Assembly: GCA_000995965.1 (NCBI GenBank)
Contig: LBYD01000001.1
Location: 140,923-204,922 of the forward strand
Length of the DNA: 64,000 nt
Source of the DNA: Candidatus Moranbacteria bacterium GW2011_GWC2_40_12
GTDB taxonomy: Bacteria; Patescibacteriota; Minisyncoccia; Moranbacterales; UBA11712
Reading direction: 5' to 3'
This document shows, one piece after another, positions 56,470 to 64,000 of this stretch (positions are counted from its first letter, which is position 1; every line of letters starts with the position of its first letter). The notes beneath the pieces are model-generated. The model ran no database searches and had not been told where the DNA came from. It saw nothing but the letters and a program-made list of their open reading frames with translations. The translations under genes and the position numbers were made by a program.

Positions 56470-58491
56470 CTATTTCCTTACTCGCACTTTCAAATCTTTT
56501 TCAAGAGCGAAGATTATTTTTTTCATCACGGCGTCGATTTCTTCGGAGGTCAATGTTTTTGCGTTGGATCCGATTTTGAGGCGCAGAGCCAGGCTTTTCT
56601 CGCCTTCTTTTTCAAAAATATCAAAAAGTCCGACATCTTTCACGAGATTCCCACCGTTTTTTTGAATATTTGAAACTATATCAGCATATTTTGTGTTTTT
56701 TCCTATAAACATGGATAGATCACGTTCCACAACTGGAAATTTGCTAATTAGATGGTATTGTTTTTCGGGTAATTTCATTTCCAACAGAATAGAAATTTTG
56801 ATACCGAAAACCGCCACTCGTTTTTTAATGCCATAATTCTCAAGAATTCGAGGATTAATCTCACCAACTTTTCCAAATTCCTGATTATCAATCAGCAATT
56901 TGGCTGTTCGGTTTTGGTGCCAGAATTTTATTTCGGAATTCGTCAGAGCCTCAAACTTCACATTTTGATATCCAAGATTAAGGAGCAGCGCCTCAATTTT
57001 TCCTTTCAGCTCAAAGAACGGAGTTTCTTTTGTTAAACTGTCGACTAGCGCTCCCGCCAGATGGTCGTATTCCGCAAAATTCCCTTTGTTGTTCCGGAAT
57101 TTTTTCCCAATTTCGAAAATTTGAACTTTGGGAAAATTCTTCAGATTTAGATTAATATTTTTTAGCAGATTAGTTACCAGATTTCTCCGCAAATACTGTT
57201 GGTCCAAGCTTAACGCATTAGAAACTTCAATGTGATCTTCGATTTTCAGATTGCATTTGGCGATGTCGTCCGCGCCGTAGAAAGAATAATTCATCACTTC
57301 CGAAAATCCAAGGCCAATGAGAATATCGCGCAATTTATTTTCAAAATCTCTTTTCACGTTTTGGGGAGGCGTTTTCACTTCTACCATCGGCGATTGTTCT
57401 TTGATATTTTCATATCCGTAGACGCGGCCGATTTCTTCGACGAGATCTTCCTGCGACTTGAGGTCAATTCGACGGGTCGGGATTTCAACATCCCACTTGG
57501 AAACTAAGTTTCCAAGTGGTTTTATTCCTAAATTAATTAGAATATTTTTTATTTTTGAAATCGGAATATTTTCTCCGAGCAGGCTATTTGCATAATTTAT
57601 ATCCAGTTTTATCCGCCACGGCTTCACTTTTTTTGGATAAGTATCCGCAAAAGCGGTCACCTCAACGCTTTTGCCGCAGAATTCTTTCAGGAGTTCGATT
57701 GCCCGGTTCATTCCCGTTTCGGCCAGATTCGGATCAATCTCGCGCTCAAAGCGGTGAGACGATTCTGTAATGATATTATGTGCTGCCCGCGCCTTACGAA
57801 TGCTGGTCGAATTGAAATTGGCCGATTCGAGGATGATTGACGTAGTTTTGCTGGTTATCGACGAATCAAACCCGCCCATAACTCCGGCCAGCGCCAGCGC
57901 TTTCTCGGAATCGGCAATGACAAGATTATTTTCTTTGAGCTCATATATTTTTTCATCCAGTAATTTTATTTTTTCGCCCTTTTTAGCTTTGCGGACAATA
58001 ATATTGCCGGTGGTTTTCGATTCATCAAACGCATGAAGCGGCTGACCAGTTTCAAGCATGACATAGTTTGTGATATCAACAATGTTGTTGATCGGTTTGA
58101 CGCCACAAGCTAATAATCTATTCTGCATCCATTTTGGCGACGCACCGACCCTAATATTCTCCAAAACCGCACCGCTATATCTGGGGCAAATTTTTGTGTC
58201 TCTGATTTCAACTTTTATTTTACCAACATTTAATCTTGGTGGGACGCTACCAACATTCAATGTTGGTGGGAATTTTCGGCCTTCGCAAGCGCATATTTCC
58301 CTCGCCATTCCGATGTGCGACAGCGCGTCATGTCCGCGGTTGGGCAGAATGGAAAATTCCATTTGCGTTTCTTTCCCTTCAGTCTTCATATCTTCAAACT
58401 CAAACGCGCGCATGGTCAAAAGATCAGCCAATTCCCTAGGCGATTTCTTTGTTCCGGATAATTTTTTGAGCCAGTTATAACTATATTTCAT
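56470..58491 (-). CDS. pheT: Phenylalanine-tRNA ligase beta subunit (lacks the B2 OB domain)
   Basis: PNRGH.LS, NNIVDITNY, GQPLHAFD, EEIGRVYGY, FP...RDLS. Confidence 0.95.
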   Translation of the reverse strand: MKYSYNWLKKLSGTKKSPRELADLLTMRAFEFEDMKTEGKETQMEFSILPNRGHDALSHIGMAREICACEGRKFPPTLNVGSVPPRLNVGKIKVEIRDTKICPRYSGAVLENIRVGASPKWMQNRLLACGVKPINNIVDITNYVMLETGQPLHAFDESKTTGNIIVRKAKKGEKIKLLDEKIYELKENNLVIADSEKALALAGVMGGFDSSITSKTTSIILESANFNSTSIRKARAAHNIITESSHRFEREIDPNLAETGMNRAIELLKEFCGKSVEVTAFADTYPKKVKPWRIKLDINYANSLLGENIPISKIKNILINLGIKPLGNLVSKWDVEIPTRRIDLKSQEDLVEEIGRVYGYENIKEQSPMVEVKTPPQNVKRDFENKLRDILIGLGFSEVMNYSFYGADDIAKCNLKIEDHIEVSNALSLDQQYLRRNLVTNLLKNINLNLKNFPKVQIFEIGKKFRNNKGNFAEYDHLAGALVDSLTKETPFFELKGKIEALLLNLGYQNVKFEALTNSEIKFWHQNRTAKLLIDNQEFGKVGEINPRILENYGIKKRVAVFGIKISILLEMKLPEKQYHLISKFPVVERDLSMFIGKNTKYADIVSNIQKNGGNLVKDVGLFDIFEKEGEKSLALRLKIGSNAKTLTSEEIDAVMKKIIFALEKDLKVRVRK

Positions 58492-58515
58492 AATATCAAA
58501 AGTCTGATTTTTTTA

Positions 58516-58539
58516 TTTTTTAAGGTCGAACCTTAAAAA
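58516..58539. repeat. REP-like palindrome TTTTTAAGGTCGAACCTTAAAAA
   Basis: Intergenic hairpin between pheS and pheT. Confidence 0.6.
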
Positions 58540-59562
58540 TTAAAATTGTTTTATGAACCTTAAATCCCCGCTTTCAAACCAGCGAATGTCGTCGATCTTA
58601 TATTTCATCATCGCGAGGCGTTCAATTCCAAATCCCCAGGCAAAACCCTGATATTTGTTGCGAGGATAGCCAGCGGACACAAAAACATTTTGGTTCACCA
58701 TTCCCGCGCCGCCGATCTCGAGCCATCCCGCATTTTTGCACGAAGGACATTTTTTTCCGCCGCAAACCGTGCAGCTGATGTCAAACTCAAAACTGGGTTC
58801 TGTGAACGGAAAAAAGCTTGGCCGCAATCGAATGTCGATATTTTTTCCAAAAAAAGCGCTGAAAAACTGTTTTGCAATGTGTTTGAAATTTCCGACATTT
58901 ATATCATTCCCCACAACCAGAGCCTCAAATTGGTGCAAAGTATGCTCGTGGGCCGCGTCTGTGGCTTCGTTTCGATAAACCCGGCCAGGAACGATAATCC
59001 GAAAGGGCGGTTTTCTTTTTTCCATATATCTGACTTGAACCGGAGAAGTGTGCGTCCGAAGGACCATTTTTTCTTTTGGAGACTTCACCCAAAAAGTATC
59101 CTGCATATCCCGCGCTGGATGGTCAAACGGAAAATTGAGGGAAGTGAAATTGTACCAGTCCGTTTCAAGTTCCGGGCCCTCGACGATTTCGAAGCCCATC
59201 GAAGAAAAAATTTTCTCAATTTCCCGATAGACTGAAGTGATGGGATGCAATCTGCCAATCTCAACTTTTTTTCCCGGCAATGTGACATCCAGCTTTTCTT
59301 TTTCCCAGTCAATTTGCTCGCTCAACTCTTTTTTCCTTTTTTCAAAGGCATTTTCAATCTCCTGCCGCAGATTGTTTGCTAGCGGCCCGATCAGCTTTCT
59401 TTGTTCGGATGAAATATTTTTGAGATTTTTGAGTATTTTTGTGAGTATGCCGTTCCGGCCGACGTATTTCACTTTGACAGCGTAAAGAGCTCTTTCATCA
59501 GAAAGTTTTGATATTTCCTCAAAAAAAGAATTCCCAATATCCTTGATTTCTTTTTCCGGCAT
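58540..59562 (-). CDS. pheS: Phenylalanine-tRNA ligase alpha subunit
   Basis: HPARDMQDTF, LRTHTSPVQ, FFPFTEPS, GFGIERL. Confidence 0.97.
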   Translation of the reverse strand: MPEKEIKDIGNSFFEEISKLSDERALYAVKVKYVGRNGILTKILKNLKNISSEQRKLIGPLANNLRQEIENAFEKRKKELSEQIDWEKEKLDVTLPGKKVEIGRLHPITSVYREIEKIFSSMGFEIVEGPELETDWYNFTSLNFPFDHPARDMQDTFWVKSPKEKMVLRTHTSPVQVRYMEKRKPPFRIIVPGRVYRNEATDAAHEHTLHQFEALVVGNDINVGNFKHIAKQFFSAFFGKNIDIRLRPSFFPFTEPSFEFDISCTVCGGKKCPSCKNAGWLEIGGAGMVNQNVFVSAGYPRNKYQGFAWGFGIERLAMMKYKIDDIRWFESGDLRFIKQF

Positions 59563-59605
59563 ATTTTCTAGACTAAAACAAATAGGACGAAAAGTCCAGC
59601 CAAAT

Positions 59606-62065
59606 TCATGAATCGATATCCGCCGGTCCGAAGGTGAATTCAGTGGCTTCTTTTATGTCACCGGCGATTATTTTCTTCACAACTTTATCTCCGATTTTAT
59701 CTTCCACATAGCGGTTTATCGCGCGGGCTCCGAATAACGGATTATTTCCCTCTGAAACAATTTTTTCAACTATAGCAGGATCAAATATGATGCGAATATT
59801 TTTTTCTTTTTCTAGCCGCAGGGCGTATTTATTCAGTATAAGAGACGTAACTTTGGCCAAATCCGCGAGAGTTAGTGAACGGAAAAATATGACTCCCTCA
59901 AATCGATTCAGAAGTTCCGGCCGAAATATTCCTTCTTTCATGACGAAATTGATGACTTTTTTTTGAATTTCATCGGCACTTATTTTTGACTCTACCGCTT
60001 CAGTGATAATTTCCGATCCCGCGTTTGAAGTCGCGATAATTATCTGGTTTTTGAAATTTATTTTTTTTCCGAAAGCGTCAGTTAGCCAACCTTCATCAAG
60101 AATCTGAAGGAAAAGATTCAAGATATCGGGATGAGATTTTTCGATTTCGTCCAGCAAGAGAAGCGCGTATGGATTTTCTTTCACCTTATTTTCCAAAATT
60201 CCCGGTTTTCCGGTTGCTGCATCGCCAATCAGACGATCAATTGAATCAATTTTTTGGTATTCACTCATATCCATCCGGATCATCCTATTTTCATCACCGA
60301 AGTAGGCCTCCGCCAGCGCTTTGGCTGTTTCGGTTTTTCCCACGCCTGTCGGACCCAGGAATAAAAAACTTCCCATTGGTTTGCTCTCACTGGTCATTCC
60401 AATTCTGGCTCTGCGAACGGTTTCCGCAATTTGCTTGACAGCCAGATCCTGACCGACAATGCGACCGTGCAAAATCTCCTCCAAGTTGAGCAATTTTTCT
60501 TTTTCGCTTTTGCCAATGTCTCCGATCGAGACATGAACTCTTCGCGAAACCACTTCATCGACAACTTCCGGCATTATAATTTCTCCTTTGCGACGATCGC
60601 GCCAATAGAGCAAAACCTCTTCCATAAGGTCAACTGCTTTTTCTGGAAAAGGGGCATCGACAAGATACCGATCGGACAGCTTGATGATTTCTCTGAGAGC
60701 CTGATAGGAAAATATAATCCGGTCTTTTTCAAGATCCCTGAGCTTGTCAAGCAGGACTTCCATAGTCATATCCTTGCCTGGCTCGGCGATCTGAATTTTT
60801 TCAAAATATTTGGTTACACCCTCATTTTTTTCAACGTCCATGTGATATTTGTCGGGAGTCGTTATGCCAACAACTTGAAAAGTCGGATAATTCAAAAATT
60901 CAAGCAGAACGCCCGATATATCTTCACTTGCTTCGTGCGGCGATGATTTCAAATGGCGGTCGATATCGTCAATTACCAAAATTATGTTTCCAGCATAGGC
61001 CGCCTCGAAGAACATTTTCCGCAAAATCGAAATATTTTGCCCCCCAGCCAATATTTCTCCCAATTTCACTTCAAGAATCCTTTTATTCAAAAGGGAATCT
61101 GAGACGGTATTTTCCCGGACTCTCTTTGCTAGTTCATGGATCAAAGCGTGTCTTCCGATGCCGACTTCGCCCACAATGAACACATTGTTTTGCTTTGGTC
61201 GCGAAAGTATCAATTCCAGCATATGAAGATTTTCATCCCGCCCAATCAGTTTTTCATTTCTGTATTCGCTTGAATCGCTCTCAGAAAGGTCAGTCGAATA
61301 TTTGTCCAAATTGACAGTATAGGCGTATGTCCAGCTTTTTCCAATCGGCATTTTAGAGTAAAGATTTCTCTTTAGCCAGAATTTTTTCTTGTTTTCTTTT
61401 TCAATCTGATATAAAAGCTCATGGCCAATGATGCTCTGAAAATCATCCTTTGTGATCGAACGGTTCTCCAAAAATCTTCCAAGAAGATCAGGCTTGTCTA
61501 GCGCTTCCGCTGTCGATTGGCCAGGCGGGCCGCCGATTCTCATCCAAACACGTCCGAACCATTCCTGAGCGGCAAGATCATTGATACCCATCGAGGAATA
61601 ATCAAATTTATTTTCCCGATACAGCCGATATGAAAAAGAGAGAATCCAAACAGTTGAAAGAAGAAGAAACACGTCGGACAATCCCCAAATGAGAGATTTG
61701 GCAAACGCCTGCGGCATCAGTATCAATGTCAAAGCCAAAAAAAGCGGAAGGAAAAGCCACTCAATCAAAAATATTATTCCAAACGCTAACGCCGCTAATT
61801 CGACAAAAATCCCGACTGTGATAAGGCCGCTCCTGACTATGGCCCCGATAAGTCGCGTCAGGCAATTTATGACAAAATTTTGCGCCCAGATCGCCGGATG
61901 GATTCCGACCTGCACCATACGCGAAACATCCCTTTTCCAGGGAGAAAAAAGTGTCCTGAGATGCCAGCCAATTGCGAAGTGTCTTGGCAGAAAAACCAAA
62001 AAATCTTTCCAGACGGAAATATATTTAGATAAGCCGATGCTGTAGTGCCAAAAAGGATATCCCAT
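59606..62065 (-). CDS. ClpA/B/C-type AAA+ ATPase with N-terminal transmembrane region
   Basis: TM helices at about aa 60-150; degenerate AAA1 (GEVGIGRH); intact AAA2 (GPTGVGKT, LLLDEIEK, FRPELLNR, FGAR). Confidence 0.9.
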   Translation of the reverse strand: MGYPFWHYSIGLSKYISVWKDFLVFLPRHFAIGWHLRTLFSPWKRDVSRMVQVGIHPAIWAQNFVINCLTRLIGAIVRSGLITVGIFVELAALAFGIIFLIEWLFLPLFLALTLILMPQAFAKSLIWGLSDVFLLLSTVWILSFSYRLYRENKFDYSSMGINDLAAQEWFGRVWMRIGGPPGQSTAEALDKPDLLGRFLENRSITKDDFQSIIGHELLYQIEKENKKKFWLKRNLYSKMPIGKSWTYAYTVNLDKYSTDLSESDSSEYRNEKLIGRDENLHMLELILSRPKQNNVFIVGEVGIGRHALIHELAKRVRENTVSDSLLNKRILEVKLGEILAGGQNISILRKMFFEAAYAGNIILVIDDIDRHLKSSPHEASEDISGVLLEFLNYPTFQVVGITTPDKYHMDVEKNEGVTKYFEKIQIAEPGKDMTMEVLLDKLRDLEKDRIIFSYQALREIIKLSDRYLVDAPFPEKAVDLMEEVLLYWRDRRKGEIIMPEVVDEVVSRRVHVSIGDIGKSEKEKLLNLEEILHGRIVGQDLAVKQIAETVRRARIGMTSESKPMGSFLFLGPTGVGKTETAKALAEAYFGDENRMIRMDMSEYQKIDSIDRLIGDAATGKPGILENKVKENPYALLLLDEIEKSHPDILNLFLQILDEGWLTDAFGKKINFKNQIIIATSNAGSEIITEAVESKISADEIQKKVINFVMKEGIFRPELLNRFEGVIFFRSLTLADLAKVTSLILNKYALRLEKEKNIRIIFDPAIVEKIVSEGNNPLFGARAINRYVEDKIGDKVVKKIIAGDIKEATEFTFGPADIDS

Positions 62066-62141
62066 TTCTTTATGATTTTTTCGAGTCTTTGGTGTTTCTA
62101 TTATATCACAAATGGAATATTTTTTGCAGTTCGTGGCACGT

Positions 62142-63569
62142 TCATGTTCTCATGCGCCTTCTCATGGCCATATGTTTCTTCTGAAGAACAGCCAGGAGCC
62201 TGCTTTCGTTGATTTTGGCATGCCGGCGGCTTTTCACGACAAATTCGCCATTTATCATGAGATCTCTCACGGCTCGTCCGCCATGAGTGATCAGATTTCC
62301 AAGCAGTGTCATTGGATTCTTCTGGTCGAAGGGGATAAAACCGCGATCTTTGAGTTTCCAAAACGCAAGGTCTGCTTTCATTCCCGGCAAGATTTTTCCC
62401 CGGTCGGGCATATTGATTGTCCGTGCGGCATTGGTTGTCATCATCTTGAAGAGCGACCCGAATTTCACTGTCCGGGAGTAGAGATGCGTTATTCTGGTTT
62501 GGTAGGCTTCTGAAAGCAAATCCAGACGGCTTTTCGAGACCACGCCGTCCGTTCCGAGAGAAACATATGAATTTCCGGCGGCATCGACGAATTTCCAGAG
62601 GGGGAAAGTGCCGCTTTTGTGAATCGCATTTGATGTCGGGAGATGAACAATGCCAACTTTGCTTTTCACAAGCCTTTTTATTTCGCTGTCGGTCACATAT
62701 ATTGAGTGTGAAGCAACGGTCTTATGCGTGAGAAGGCCGCAGGATCCCAACATTTCGACTTCTCTCTTCCCGTGCAGAGATAAGCACTTTTTGGCCACCT
62801 TTTCGCTCTCGGCCATATGGCAGGTAAAAAGCAGGTTGTGCTCTGTTTGCAATCTTTTGATTTCTTTGAGAATCTTGGAATTTGCGCGATGGACGTAGTG
62901 AAGGGCGATGGCAAGTTGTGACTGGGCCGGCGCCTCCTGTTTTTTCAATATATCGCGGATAAGCGCGGGAGAATTTTCTGGGTGGGTGTTTGAGGCCACG
63001 CTGATCGCGTTGATCATATTGTGTTTTGTCGCTTGCGCGGCCATTTCAATGGGCCAATAAACCGCAAAATGGCTGAGGGTCGTCGTGATGCCGGCTTTTT
63101 GCTGTTCGGTGATGTCCCCAATCGCCGAAAAAGTATAGTCTTCGTCCGTCATTGACCGTTCCCATTTGGGCATTGCGGCGATAGTTTCGTCAATCGATTC
63201 ACCTTCGTCGAGCATCATAGCCGAACGCATCAGATACATCGGCGGATGGGCATGGGCATTGATGAGCCCCGGCGTGACCACGATTCCTCCCCGCATTCCG
63301 GCTTCATAAACTAGGTTGTAGCTGCTTGGAACCGCTTTTTTTGCGGGAATAACTTCTTGAATAATTCCTTTTGAAATAATAATCGAGTGATTTTGCAGGC
63401 ATTGCAGTTTTTCCGTCTCGTCGCAGGTGAAAAGAAAAGGAATGTTGTGGATCAAAATATCCTTTTGTTTTTTTCCTCCGTTGGCTTTGTGCCGCGTGTG
63501 CTGGATGTCATCCTGGAAAGGAATGGCATAAAGGGATTTTTTTATTTTTGAGATAATTTTCTTGTGCAT
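62142..63569 (-). CDS. Metal-dependent amidohydrolase (MTA/SAH or guanine deaminase-like)
   Basis: PGLINAHAH, HMAE, SH, LGTDG, GKILPGMKADL. Confidence 0.85.
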   Translation of the reverse strand: MHKKIISKIKKSLYAIPFQDDIQHTRHKANGGKKQKDILIHNIPFLFTCDETEKLQCLQNHSIIISKGIIQEVIPAKKAVPSSYNLVYEAGMRGGIVVTPGLINAHAHPPMYLMRSAMMLDEGESIDETIAAMPKWERSMTDEDYTFSAIGDITEQQKAGITTTLSHFAVYWPIEMAAQATKHNMINAISVASNTHPENSPALIRDILKKQEAPAQSQLAIALHYVHRANSKILKEIKRLQTEHNLLFTCHMAESEKVAKKCLSLHGKREVEMLGSCGLLTHKTVASHSIYVTDSEIKRLVKSKVGIVHLPTSNAIHKSGTFPLWKFVDAAGNSYVSLGTDGVVSKSRLDLLSEAYQTRITHLYSRTVKFGSLFKMMTTNAARTINMPDRGKILPGMKADLAFWKLKDRGFIPFDQKNPMTLLGNLITHGGRAVRDLMINGEFVVKSRRHAKINESRLLAVLQKKHMAMRRRMRT

Positions 63570-63717
63570 TGAAAATACTATAAATTTTTTCTTCTTATTT
63601 TCGTTTTATTCTTTTGGTATTCACCGAATTCGCGTTTATTAAAAATATAATAAAACCACCCCTCGAGGCGTTTTATTCTTTTCGATATTTTATCACCAAA
63701 CGAAAGTTAGCGCAAAG

Positions 63718-64000
63718 TTATTTTTCCAATCTTAATCTTTCCATGACATCATCCAGATTTCCATCAAAGGCCCCTTTTTGCTCCAAGGACATTGAGGCAA
63801 CCATGGCGGCAAAACGGCCGCACTGTTCCGGATTATCAAAAATTTCGAGTGCGCGAATATAGGCAGCTAGATAAGTGTCGCCCGCACCAGTTGCATCAAT
63901 AATTTTCTTTGGCGGAAAAGCCGGAATTTTATAGTAATCTTTGCCTATGAATAAATGGGAGCCTTTCGAAGCTTCAGTGATTGCAGCATTTTTCAAACCA
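63718..64000 (-). CDS. PfkB family kinase, C-terminal part (truncated by window edge)
   Basis: IIDATGAGDTY motif. Confidence 0.8.
   Translation of the reverse strand, partial: GLKNAAITEASKGSHLFIGKDYYKIPAFPPKKIIDATGAGDTYLAAYIRALEIFDNPEQCGRFAAMVASMSLEQKGAFDGNLDDVMERLRLEK

Noticed and set aside
51238-58491. Short ProRS, archaeal-type ValRS and OB-less PheT as novelties
   Set aside because: Known variants that are common in reduced genomes and CPR; listed as features only

Overview
64 kb of chromosome from a small-genome bacterium, most consistent with Patescibacteria/CPR (Parcubacteria-like). This assignment is inferred from the DUF4012 cell-surface locus, a GAD-less AspRS, an archaeal-type ValRS, a short PheT, a membrane-anchored Clp ATPase and a PaaX/Cas2-like regulator; the genetic code is 11. 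Essentially every credible gene is on the minus strand. Content: ftsB-like gene and lepA; an accessory patch (hemerythrin, radical SAM, M23 peptidase, NUDIX, TspO, HExxH protein); a murJ/DUF4012/glycosyltransferase surface-polysaccharide locus; rnpB, RNase H and recJ; ADP-forming acetate-CoA ligase and lower glycolysis; mraY, dac, scpAB; several tRNA synthetases; two-component proteins; and a small island at 45.6-49.8 kb. No tRNA, rRNA, CRISPR array or transposase was seen. The most interesting observations are: (1) a wHTH+Cas2-like gene precisely bracketed by copies of a ~30-bp palindrome and broken by one TGG>TAG change; (2) a ~640-nt RNase P RNA enlarged by long hairpin insertions, two of them related; (3) a FadL/PorV-like beta-barrel gene with a perfect sigma70 promoter in a lineage thought to lack an outer membrane, near an orphan alpha-oxoamine synthase and a 7TM histidine kinase; (4) palindromic elements sitting in frame inside PheT and IspH; (5) a candidate 6S-like RNA.
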